A stretch of DNA of 63,790 nucleotides, the filler included, from Octopus bimaculoides (taxonomy: Eukaryota), in NCBI RefSeq assembly GCF_001194135.2. It is 4 parts of 4 records of this genome, joined end to end, with 100 filler letters (N's around TTAATTAATTAA, not from the genome) between each part and the next. Parts side by side here need not be neighbours in the genome. Positions count along the whole stretch, not along the records: positions 29,368 to 46,995 come from NC_068982.1; positions 47,096 to 62,608 come from NC_068983.1; 2 more parts are not named here. One strand, written 5' to 3'. The notes beneath the pieces are model-generated. The model saw only the letters and a program-made list of their open reading frames with translations, was not told the DNA's origin and ran no database searches. How positions within the stretch are numbered: position 1 is the stretch's first letter; each line of letters starts with the position of its first letter. A program made the position numbers and the translations under genes. Positions 39,040-49,885 of this stretch are shown here, piece after piece.

Positions 39040-40060
39040 CTGTTCCATGACGCCTCTCACTAACCAATCTCTCTCAGACATAAACAGAAAGGGAGTTTGG
39101 ATATCTGATTTCCTGAAAGATTGAAGTCAAATGGTGAAGGCAGGCCAACGGAGTCCTATCAGAAAAAGTATTTGGTAATATGTAGAACACCACAATGGCC
39201 GTTCTAGATCTCTTTTGGACGTCACAATGTTGTCAGATACAGAGAAAATATACAATCGATACGGTAGCTCTGCAGAAAACATGGCGATATCTATGTGTCC
39301 TAACAAAACTTAGACGCCATATATAATGAGCGAATGACAGTAACATGTCGCTTAACACCAAATTATTTTCACGATCTCCATTACGGAAGGAAAATCCCTA
39401 ACACAGTGTTCTAACTCACTTCAAACAGAGAAACAATTCAAAATTCTGAGCATGTTCGAGATAAGGGCATAACTATGGCTACGGATGCGTTTCTCTAAAC
39501 GTATCACGAAACTGTTGTTAATCAGGTGAGAACTCAGTGGTTGGATCCCGAGAACGCAGTAATCCCTTGTTTTGGATACTGTTCCCAACTATGGTCCCAT
39601 AGCAGTCCAGGTACAATCTTTTGACTGGAAAGATGTTTTTTTAAAAATCCACCAAATATAATAATTGTAGGGAGAGAGTTATATCGATTACATCTACCCC
39701 ATTACTTGAGTGGTAATTTATTTCATCAATCCTAAAAGAATGACGATTTCACTGGGAACCCTTCAACGCATTACGCTTCACCTTTCCAGAACAACATGGT
39801 GTAATATATATAAGAAATATTCTAAAATTTTCTTTGACCTACAAAACTGAATCAAACAGTACAATGATACTCTTTCCTTTTCTTCTTCAAACTTTCGCAT
39901 GAGGAACAGGAGCTACTGGAGTTTGGAATTAAATGCATTTAAATAACAACCTCAGTGGCAATTCAAATTCATTTTGTATAATGCCAGATCAACCATTTGC
40001 AGAAAGCTATAATCGAAGCAGAGATGCCTTCACCAATTACGTCAACCAAGCAGAGGTACC
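39040..40060 (+). mobile_element. Degraded CR1-like LINE RT fragment, interrupted by a family B SINE remnant (39650-39740)
   Basis: GVWISDFLKD*SQMV, NNMSLN, GYCSQLWS and IMPDQP remnants. Confidence 0.65.
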
Positions 40061-40149
40061 ACATACACTGATAAACCAAACAAAAACATGGGCCTTTCGA
40101 TATACAAAGAGGCAACAAAAATTCAATTGAACATTCAATTCCGATGACG

Positions 40150-40395
40150 ATGTTTCAAGCAAGACACTTTTTTTTTTCAGATTGATCCAGTTCGTTCAGC
40201 TAGCAAAAATGAGTTGTACTTGTATTTAAAAGGCCAGCCATGTCACATTCGGTGTGTAACGCTGAATCTCCCCGAAAACTACGTTATGGGTACACGTGTC
40301 TGTGGAGTAGTGAGCCACTTGCATGTTAATTTCACGAACAGGCTGTTTCATTGATCGGATCAACTGAAACAGTTGTCGTAATCGACCAATTGCCA
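40150..40395 (+). mobile_element. Family A variant SINE (A2), 5'-truncated
   Basis: cagctagcaaaaatgagttgtacttg...tgtcaca...gctgaatctcccc...acacgtgtctgtggagt...gttaatttcacg...gatcggatcaactg is the reverse complement of the family A 3' body. Confidence 0.8.
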
Positions 40396-40396
40396 G

Positions 40397-40438
<42 letters not shown>

Positions 40439-41075
40439 ATGTGTGTATATATATATATTGTATAAAGGACCGTGGGTAAGGCCAGAACAATGCGAAGTAA
40501 ATGCAAGGCAAATCACAAGAAAACAAATATATGATCCTTTATACAATATATTCTACACAATGCTTCATAGTAATTATTCCATATGTGTGTGTGTGTGTGT
40601 GTGTGTGCAGATAGCTAGTAATGTACTACAGGACATATCTACAGGATGTTTTTTTTTTAATCAACACTGTCACTCGACGAATGGAAACAATACATTCGTA
40701 CAAACATATCTAGGATATAAAAATAGAATAGACAGTTATGTATTACGATTCTGTGTACGTCCTGCACCTACCCACAAATTCGCTGTTTATAAACCCAATA
40801 TTATTGGTTTCAAATTTTTCAACAATGGCAGCAATTTCCGCCCCGGCATCCGAAACTCGGAGTTTTATCATGGCTACTGAATAATTGTCACATATTCTTA
40901 CAGATAGATTCCTGTATTTACTTTCTTTCTTTTGTCGTCTTTTCTATCAATATATATATATATATATAGTCAATGCAATTCGAATAAACGAATAAAAAAA
41001 AATGAAAACAAAAAACAAAAACGAACGTGAGGACGTGCACAAGAAATGTATTAGCTTGACGTTCGGTGAAAGGAG

Positions 41076-41115
41076 AAAGTTTGACGTTTCGAGCATAGTC
41101 CTTCCTCGGAAAGGA
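41076..41115 (-). ncRNA. Degenerate minimal hammerhead relic, family G
   Basis: Minus: CTTT-CCGAGGA-A-GGACTATGCTC-GAAAC-GTC-AAAC; U4 changed to C and stem II weakened; downstream CGAACGTCAAGCTAATAC segment shared with the other G copies. Confidence 0.5.
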
Positions 41116-41266
41116 GAAAGGAAAAAGTCCAAAGGTGGAAAAAAAATCGCCAACGTCACACACACACACATATATATTGTTTTTTTTTTTAGAAAAACAT
41201 AAAAACGGAGAAGCATGATCTAAGAAGTAGACCAGTCTATATTTATAACTGGTGAAGGCCTGTTTA

Positions 41267-41327
41267 TAGGGATACCCAAGGTTTCTCGCCATAAAGAGTA
41301 TTTTTTATGGCGTATCATCAGACCCTA
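41267..41327 (-). ncRNA. Type I hammerhead ribozyme, near-canonical
   Basis: Minus: TAGGGT-CTGATGA-TA-CGCCATAAA(AAATACTC)TTTATGGCG-A-GAAA-CC(TTG)GG-TA^TCCCTA; 9-bp stem II, 3-bp stem III, GUA site between 41273 and 41272, stem I UAGGG/CCCUA. Confidence 0.78.
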
Positions 41328-41445
41328 AGTCTTGTTGGCCTATGGCCTCTTTAAAGCATCCAGTTCGTATCCGGTTCGTTTCCTCCTTCGTACTTTAAAG
41401 AGACCATAGGTCAACAAGACTTAGGGTTTGATAATACGCCATAAA
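41304..41445. repeat. 53-bp inverted repeat with a 36-nt spacer
   Basis: 41304-41356 vs 41393-41445, 49/53 complementary; all four differences are transitions. Confidence 0.95.
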
Positions 41446-41747
41446 GATACCTCAAGGTATATAAAACAGTTCGAACTGTATTATGTACCTTATATACCGC
41501 TCTTAATTTCAGTACAAAAAAAATTTTCAGTCCCCTTTTTCTCCTTCTTCCTCCCATACTTATCCCACATGGGTTTTATTTACATGCATTTTTATGTATA
41601 TTTATATATACATTTATATTTTATAGATATTTTTAAAAGTATTCATGTGTCGTTATGTATTAATATATGTATACGCATTTTAAGTGGAATTTATAAATGT
41701 ATGAGTACGATTGCTTAATTTGAGTTTATATTTCAATTCGTATAAAT

Positions 41748-41778
<31 letters not shown>

Positions 41779-41795
41779 CACATACACACACACAT

Positions 41796-41945
41796 ACGAT
41801 GGGCTTCTTTCATTTTCCGTGTAGGAAATCCACTCGCTCCGAGACTGTAATAGAAGAGACTTTACCAAGGTACTACGCGATGAGACTGAATCTGGAATCA
41901 TGTGATCATGTGTTTGGTAAGATAACTTCTTACCACGGAGCCATT
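41796..41945 (-). mobile_element. Head C SINE
   Basis: acgatgggcttctttcattttccgt...aatccactc...gactttaccaaggtactacgc...gactgaatctggaatcatgtg...cttaccacggagccat. Confidence 0.75.
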
Positions 41946-42673
41946 AAAAAAAAAAAAAAAGCAAGGTGATAAGTATATATCACGCCTATTGCAAACCATT
42001 TGGTTATACAATATGTCTGTGGATGGGGGGAAAAAAAAAGAGCGGAAACAGCTGTACACGTGTTTCGATTTTGTGGTTACTACGACAATGTAAAGCCTGA
42101 ATCTATTCGTACCAAAAAACGCCGTAAAGTCCAAATACTTTCTATCGATACGTGAATTTCTACATTGAAATTGTTTGACCTACGGATTTTGACATATCAA
42201 AAAAAAAAAAAAAAAAAAAAAANNNNNNNNNNNNNNNNNNNNNNNNNNNNNNNNNNNNNNNNNNNNNNNNNNNNNNNNNNNNNNNNNNNNNNNNNNNNNN
42301 NNNNNNNNNNNNNNNNNNNNNNNNNNNNNNNNNNNNNNNNNNNNNNNNNNNNNNNNNNNNNNNNNNNNNNNNNNNNNNNNNNNNNNNNNNNNNNNNNNNN
42401 NNNNNNNNNNNNNNNNNNNNNNNNNNNNNNNNNNNNNNNNNNNNNNNNNNNNNNNNNNNNNNNNNNNNNNNNNNNNNNNNNNNNNNNNNNNNNNNNNNNN
42501 NNNNNNNNNNNNNNNNNNNNNNNNNNNNNNNNNNNNNNNNNNNNNNNNNNNNNNNNNNNNNNNNNNNNNNNNNNNNNNNNNNNNNNNNNNNNNNNNNNNN
42601 NNNNNNNNNNNNNNNNNNNNNNNNNNNNNNNNNNNNNNNNNNNNNNNNNNNNNNNNNNNNNNNNNNNNNNNNG

Positions 42674-42704
<31 letters not shown>

Positions 42705-42856
42705 GTATATATATATATGTATGTATATATATATATATGTATGTCTGTATGTATGTATGTAAGTATATAGCATATATGTATGTTATGTAGGTATGTGTGT
42801 ATGTATGTAGGTATGTGTGTGTAAATATATATATTTATGTATATATGTATGCATGA

Positions 42857-42910
<54 letters not shown>

Positions 42911-43117
42911 NNNNNNNNNNNNNNNNNNNNNNNNNNNNNNNNNNNNNNNNNNNNNNNNNNNNNNNNNNNNNNNNNNNNNNNNNNNNNNNNNNNNNNNNNN
43001 NNNNNNNNNNNNNNNNNNNNNNNNNNNNNNNNNNNNNNNNNNNNNNNNNNNNNNNNNNNNNNNNNNNNNNNNNNNNNNNNNNNNNNNNNNNNNNNNNNNN
43101 NNNNNNNNNNNNNNNNN

Positions 43118-43161
<44 letters not shown>

Positions 43162-43300
43162 CGTGTGTGCGTGTGTGCAACTCTAAAGTGCAATAGGACT
43201 GGAGAGGCTGGAGAGAGTTGAGAACAGCGGAGGGGTGGGGTAGAATGACAAATGAGTTTCGATAAGAGAACAAAGAGTAGATATAGAAAGAAAAGACAAA

Positions 43301-43350
<50 letters not shown>

Positions 43351-43429
43351 GAGAGCGAAAGAAAGAAATGTAAAAAAAAACCCAGGAAACGAAAAGAAAA
43401 AACAATTTTATACATGTATGTGTCTGTGT

Positions 43430-43740
43430 TAGCGTGTTCATATATGTGTGTGTGTGTGTGTGTGTGTGCGCGCGATAAATTTTATTGGCAACAACTGTAT
43501 TGTACCCTTCTGTGTGCGTGTGCGTACGTATGTGTGTGCGTATATGTGTGTCCCTATCTGTGTGTGTGTGTGTGTGTGTGCATGTGTTTGTATGTGCGAT
43601 AGCGTATGGTATATGAATGTGGTGGTGCGCTTGTGTGTGGTAATAACTGTTTATGTCAGTATATGAGTGTATGTGTGTGTGTGTGTGTGTGTATACGTGC
43701 AATTGTGCTCATAAGAGCGTGTGTATTGAGAAGTCTGTAG

Positions 43741-43811
<71 letters not shown>

Positions 43812-44434
43812 AGTGTGTGTGTAAGTGTGTGTGTGTGTGTGTAGGTTATACGTCAGAATGAAAGTGTGACTGCGTGGTAAGGTAGTCAATCAGGATATGT
43901 GAGTATGTGTTTGTAAGTGTGTATGTATGAGTGTGTGTCTATGTATATATATAGCTGGTGTATGTATATGGTGTGTGTGTGTGTGTGTACGCTTTCGTAT
44001 GGTATGTCTGTGAGTGTGTGCTTGCATATGGTATGTGTGTGTTTGTGTGTGTGTTTGTATATCTGTGTGCGTGTGTGTGTCTGTGTATGTTTGCGTGTGT
44101 ACGTGTGTTCATGTCTGTATGTTTGTGTATGTGTTTGTGTATGTGTGTGTATGTGTGTGTGTATGTGTGAGTACATGCGTTTCTGGTGTGCGTGTGTGCG
44201 TATGTGCGTGCGCGTGTGTGTCTGTGTGTATGTGTATGTTTTTGTGTGCGTGTTGTGCAAGTGTGTGTGTGCATGTGTTTGCGTATGTGTGTGTATGTGA
44301 GTGTATGTGAGTGTATGCGCGTGCGTTTGTGATGTGTGTGTGTATGTATGTATGTATGTATGCGCGCGCATGTGTATGTATGTGTTTCTGCGTGTATGCG
44401 TATGTGTGTATATGTATGCACGTGTATGTGTGCG

Positions 44435-44472
<38 letters not shown>

Positions 44473-44480
44473 CGTGTGTG
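43430..44480. repeat. About 1-kb degenerate (GT)/(GTAT) tract
   Basis: Directly visible; source of the many HT and CV ORFs. Confidence 0.95.
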
Positions 44481-44599
44481 CTGCTGATTATTCGTAGAAA
44501 TGTATATATTTACGTTGTTCTTATGAAACCCAAGATTGGTCTTGATCGACACTCCTATAACCAAAGAATTTCCACTCGTGACCATTCCATTTATTTTAC

Positions 44600-44930
44600 T
44601 CAGCCATAGTAGACCCACAGCTGCATAATCTACTCTGTCCCTTATTTCATGACGCCGAGCTAAGGAGCATTTAGCTGCTATTTCTAGCCGATCGAGAGAC
44701 CATGTGGTGGCTCTTTCTCTCATTTGTTTGTGTTGTTCTTAAACCCAGGGTTATCTTTCATTAAACAGACTTCTAAACCCAGTAGACTTTCCAGCTAAGA
44801 CCATCATGTATATTTAGGGATTTAGGGGACTACATTATTTAATATGCCTTCATTTGACACAGAAGCGTGTGATTTAAAAACGGTTTGACTACTATTTCTA
44901 GCAGGCCGATCTATCATGTAGGAGCTCTTA
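44600..44930 (+). mobile_element. Unclassified interspersed repeat I (partly duplicated)
   Basis: Motifs tttagctgctatttctagc and gactacattatttaat recur at 54530-54730, 55750-55930 (minus) and 50470-50570 (minus). Confidence 0.55.
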
Positions 44931-44971
44931 TCACTTTATCTGGTGTGTTTATGAATATATTGATAAATGAA

Positions 44972-45037
<66 letters not shown>

Positions 45038-45115
45038 CATAAATGTGTGGATGTTTGCGTGTGGGTGTATGCGTGTGGGCATAAGATATCTGATGAAACA
45101 TACGTCTGTGTGTCG

Positions 45116-45155
<40 letters not shown>

Positions 45156-45199
45156 ATGTATATGTAGGTAAATGTCCCTCCCGTCTCTCTCCGTCGCTG

Positions 45200-45263
<64 letters not shown>

Positions 45264-45344
45264 ACAATCCATATATTGATACCACGACAGCCATAAACAC
45301 CACTACCTCTTCTTCAGGCGAAAAGAAAAAATGAGTTTAACCAT

Positions 45345-45386
<42 letters not shown>

Positions 45387-45589
45387 GCATACGTACCTAC
45401 ATACAGACATACGCACACACATACGTACTTACATACAAGCATACATCCATATACATACGTACATACATACATACATACATACATACATTACATACATACA
45501 CATTCATATATGTATTTATACATACGTATATATATATGATGGACAAGTATACCTGACGATGGGAACGGTGGGTAAGATGTGTGACTGAA

Positions 45590-46740
45590 TGTGGCGGTCG
45601 GGGTGCGGCTGTAGTGGCGGTGCCAGTGTGTGTGTGGTGGGGGGGAGAAGGTATTGTCAGGAACGGCGTGTGTCTGATACAGCAGCAGCGGCAGCGATGC
45701 TGCAGACGGCAACGGTGGCTGCAGAGACGCCGAAGTCTGCGATGGTTGTAGTGGTGGTGGTGGTGGTGGTGGTGGTGGTGGTGGTGGTGGTGGTGATGAT
45801 GATGGTTGTGACGTTAGAACAGAGAGGCGAATACAAAGGATGATGGTGATGGGATGCTGGGATGGTTAGTGGTGGCGGCTTTTTTTTTTCCGCTTTGATG
45901 TTGGAAGATAACATCCAACTACTTCGATTGACTTTTTCAAATTCTTGCTTTGATGTTATTTAACAAAGAGCGCCGTAATGCCGCGGATGATGCTGTTTGG
46001 CAGCAGCAGCAGCGGCAGCGGCAGCAGTGACAGCAGTCGTAGCAGTGGCAGCAGTAGTCGTGGCAGCAGAAACTGCAGCAGTGGTAGAAGCGGCGCTTCT
46101 GGGGTAGAAGGGTGGGGGTAGTGTACATAGATGATGGCCAGTGTGATGATGGTGATGATGGTGATGATGGTGATGATGATGACGTCGATGTCGAGGAAGA
46201 TGAGGAAGTAGAAGACGATGACGACGACGACGACGACGTCAAAGAAGAAGAAGAGGAGGAGGAGGAAGAGGAAGAAGAAGAAGAAGAGGAGGAGGAGGAG
46301 GAGGAGGAGGAAGAGGAAGAAGAAGAAGAAGAAGAAGAAGTGGAGGAGGAGGAGGAGAAGAAGTAGAAGAAGAAGAAGAAGCAGAGGAAGGAGAAGAAGA
46401 AGAAGAAGAAGAAGAAGAAGAAGAAGAAAAAGAAGAGGAAGAAGAAGAAAAAGAAAAAGAAGAGGAAGAAGAAGAAGAAATGATAAAGATGATGATGATG
46501 ATGATAATGTTACCCGTCACGGCGGCGGCAGCGGCGGCGGTATGGTTTTGAAGATGTGGTAGTGATAACGATGGCTGGTGGTGGTTGTGGTGGTTGTGGT
46601 GGCTGTGGTGGTTGTAGTAGTGCCTTCTGTGGCAGTGGTGGCAGCTTGCAGTAGAGCTGTTAACGCTGCTGATGATGATGATTATGATGATGATGAATGT
46701 GATGATGATGGTGATGTTGATGGTGCTGACTATAATGATT
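45590..46740. repeat. Compound GC-rich trinucleotide tract (GGT, GCA, GAT, GAC, GAA/GAG, GGC)
   Basis: Directly visible; frames are interrupted by stops. Confidence 0.9.
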
Positions 46741-46995
46741 AGGATCAGTACATACTCAGCTCATTCTAAATAAGTACTTTTTTCTACATTAGACATCAGA
46801 TATATATACACGTACATACATACATACATACATACTTACATATACACACACACACACACACACACATACATATATATATATGTATATACCGCCATCAGTT
46901 TTATTATACTGCTAGCTTTGGTCAATAGCTACGGTTTATATAATCGATCGGGTCGTTTGTTTCACGTAGTGTGTAGTGCTTGCTTGTATACATTC

Positions 46996-47095
46996 NNNNN
47001 NNNNNNNNNNNNNNNNNNNNNNNNNNNNNNNNNNNNNNNTTAATTAATTAANNNNNNNNNNNNNNNNNNNNNNNNNNNNNNNNNNNNNNNNNNNN
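46996..47095. other. Artificial scaffold-join spacer
   Basis: 44 N + TTAATTAATTAA + 44 N. Confidence 0.95.
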
Positions 47096-47099
47096 ATAT

Positions 47100-47260
47100 A
47101 TAACAGGCTTCTTTCAATTTCCGTCTACCAAATCCACTCACAAGGTTTTGATTAGACTGAGGCTCTTATAGGAAACACTTGCCCAAGGTGCCATGCAGTG
47201 GGGTTGAACCTAGAACTACATGGTTGGAAAGCAAGCTTCTTACCACACAGCCATGTTTGC
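47100..47260 (-). mobile_element. Head C SINE (CpG-decayed)
   Basis: aacaggcttctttcaatttccgtctaccaaatccactcacaagg...cacttgcccaaggtgccatgcagtggg...agcttcttaccacacagccatg. Confidence 0.88.
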
Positions 47261-47484
47261 ACCTACACATATGTATGACATATATATTGTATATATATTA
47301 TGTATACATATACATATATTAGTTTCAAATTTTGGCACAATGCCAGCAATTTTGGTGGATGGGATGAGCTGATTATATATATATATAGGTTTAACGTCTG
47401 CCTTCCAAGCTAGCTGGGTGGGACAATTTCACACCCATGCTAGCATGGAAGGCAGACATTAAACGATGATGACGATGATAGGCA

Positions 47485-47645
47485 AAGGCATGACTGTGTG
47501 GTTAGAAGTTTGTTTCCCAATCACATGGTTCCACACTAAGTCCTACTGCTTATCACCTGAAGCAAGGGTCTTCTACTATAGCCTCAGGCCAAGTAAAGCC
47601 ATATGAGTGGATGTGGTAGATGGAAAATGAAAGAAGCTCATTGTA
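47485..47645 (+). mobile_element. Head C SINE (CpG-decayed)
   Basis: ggcatgactgtgtggttagaagtttgtttcccaatcacatgg...tcttctactatagcctcaggcc...gaaagaagctcattg. Confidence 0.85.
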
Positions 47646-48834
47646 CATTCAGTGAAAACTTAATTTATAAATGCCTGTCATCATGAACAAATTGATTAAT
47701 GGACAATTTTGCAAACATAAAATGTCTTGAGTGACATACAGTGTTTCATGTAATGACCACACAAGTTGACAACAAGGGTTAGTGACAAGATGGGAGTATC
47801 AGTTTCTGTCTAGCTTTTGTTCAGTACACATCACTGGTCAAATTCATCGTGCCACTTCTTACAACACAGTTATGCCTGCACCTGTGTGTGTGTGTGTGTG
47901 TAATGGTTGAACAATAATTGATAAATAATAGGATGGAATGTCAGAGCCATCACCAATTTGTAACAGTTAGTTCTTCATTGCAGTTGAGGGTCACTAATTA
48001 TAACAGTTATTGTTAATGTGTTGGTTGCCAGTATGCAAGACAGAAGAAGAACAGTGATTGAAGTTTATTTACCATTACTTTGTATATATCCAAAACCATG
48101 ACGGGTTGGTATAATTAGTAAATGGAAAAGCATGCAAGGTAAAAAGAGTTAATTTCAGCTAGTATGTGTGTACACGATCTCATAGTAGTATATATAGAGA
48201 GATATGGTAGTGTTACAGAGAAAAGAAAGTAAGTTAGTGAAAGTGAGAGAGTCAAGAGAAGCTGTCTCACATAGTCGCTGATTGTAACTTTCTTTTTCCC
48301 TCTGGCCGTTTGGTCTCTAGTGGCTGCCTGCTTGTGGCCATGACTTTTGTTGTCCGTTCACACTCACTGATGGTCACTCTCACTAACTGACTGTGGCTTA
48401 CAGATTTCTTGTTTTATTGCTATCCAAAACTAGCCAGAAGGATAGACATATTGTTGAGAACAATAAATTTCGTTGGTGGTACCTGTTATCTCTAATTCTA
48501 ACTTTTGATGAAATAGAAGAGGCTAGAAGGGTCAAGTGGCGAAGACATTATTCTGCTGAGCAAAGGCATCTGGCAAATGTAAGTGCTGTCACTCACAGAA
48601 AAACTATTGTTTTACTGTGAGAAAAGTTCTGTTGAACTGTTACATGAAATTTGGCAATTGAGGATTGAATCCATGCTATGCCTGCATGAAGCCACTACAT
48701 GTATATATATGTAATCAACTTATCTTGAATTTCCTATGGGAAAAATAGTTTCAGTTTATGAATATTTCAGATGAAGAACAGCCTTTCAGGAATGAATTAA
48801 ATTTGTAAACTGAGGTTCCACTATATATGTACCT

Positions 48835-49080
48835 ATGTGTGTGTGTCTTTGTGTCTGTGTTTGTTCCCCACCACCACTTAACAATTTATGTTGGTTTCTT
48901 TACATCCTTGTGACTTAGCAGTTAAGCAAAGAGAGTGAAAGAATAAGTACAAGACTTAAAAAAAGGAAAATAAGAACTGGGGTCAATCAGTTTGACTAAA
49001 ATTCTTCAAAGCAGTGCCCCAGCATAGCTGCACTCTAATAATTGAAACAAGATGTAGAAGAAAGATGTATATATTTAGAG
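48835..49080 (+). mobile_element. Tail F SINE segment
   Basis: gtgtctttgtgtctgtgtttgttccccaccaccact...gaataagtac...ggggtcaatc...cagcatagctgcac...gaaacaag. Confidence 0.75.
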
Positions 49081-49139
49081 GTTGTTTGTTGTGCCTATAA
49101 AGGTCACACTCTAACTGACCATAACCAACAACCTTTTAG

Positions 49140-49575
49140 ATATTCTTTCTTCTCTAGGCACAAGGTCCAAAATTTTTGGGAAGGGGGCCAGTTGATTAGA
49201 TCAACCCCAGTACACAACTGCTGCTTAATTTATGGACCCCGAAAGGATGAAAGGCAAGTCGACCTTAGTAGAATTTGAACTCAGAATGTAAAGACAGACA
49301 AAATACCACTAAGCATTTCACCTGGTATGCAAACGTTTCTTATTTCTTTATTGCCCACAAGGAACTAAACATAGAGGGGACAAACAAGGACAGACAAAGG
49401 GATTAAGTCGATTACATCGACCCCAGTGCATAACTGGTACTTAATTTATCGGCCCCGAAAGGATGAAAGGCAAACTCGACCTCGGTGGAATTTGAACTCA
49501 GAACATATTGGTAGATGAAATACTGCTAAGCATTTCACCCCGCGTGCAAACGTTTCTGCTAGTTCACCACATTAA
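49140..49575 (-). mobile_element. Two head-to-tail family B units with different 3' tails
   Basis: ccccgaaaggatgaaaggcaa...gaatttgaactcagaa occurs at 49237 and 49452; one unit ends ...atccctttgtctgtccttg...gcaataaagaaataag, the other ...aaaattttggaccttgtgcctagag. Confidence 0.85.
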
Positions 49576-49654
49576 ATATTACTACTCTAATATTTTAGAA
49601 TGTGCATCTTTTTCATTATATGAACTACTGACGGGGATGTATATATATATCCTC

Positions 49655-49885
49655 CTCATCATTATCATCATTTAACGTTCATTTTCCATGCTGTCATGGG
49701 TTGGAAGGTTCGACTGGGGTCTGGGAAGCCAGGAGGCTGCACCAGGCCCCAATCTGATCTGGCAGTGTTTCTACAACTGGACGCCCTTCCTAATGCCAAC
49801 CACTCCGAAAGTGTCATGGGTGCTTTTTACGTGCCGCCGGGACAAGGGGCCAGAGGAGGCTGGCATCGACCATGATCAAATGGTG
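49655..49885 (-). mobile_element. RTE-type 3' end (family D) with (GAT)n tail
   Basis: catcatttaacgttcattttccatgctgtcatgggttgg...gacgcccttcctaatgccaaccactcc...gcttttacgtgcc. Confidence 0.75.

Noticed and set aside
42197-44437. Long ORFs up to 501 aa rich in HT, CV, YI or X
   Set aside because: Translations of (CA)/(GT)/(TA) microsatellites and N-gaps; the same applies to similar ORFs throughout the window.
46112-46562. Poly-Asp/Glu and poly-Arg/Lys ORFs
   Set aside because: Frames of the GAA/GAG/GAT tract with no unique sequence or convincing splice context.
48404-48578. Exon-like segment with CTAAC branch point, cag| and |gtaagt, one open frame
   Set aside because: Weak pyrimidine tract, unrecognisable peptide, and its phase does not join the downstream candidate chain; worth a glance in RNA-seq only.
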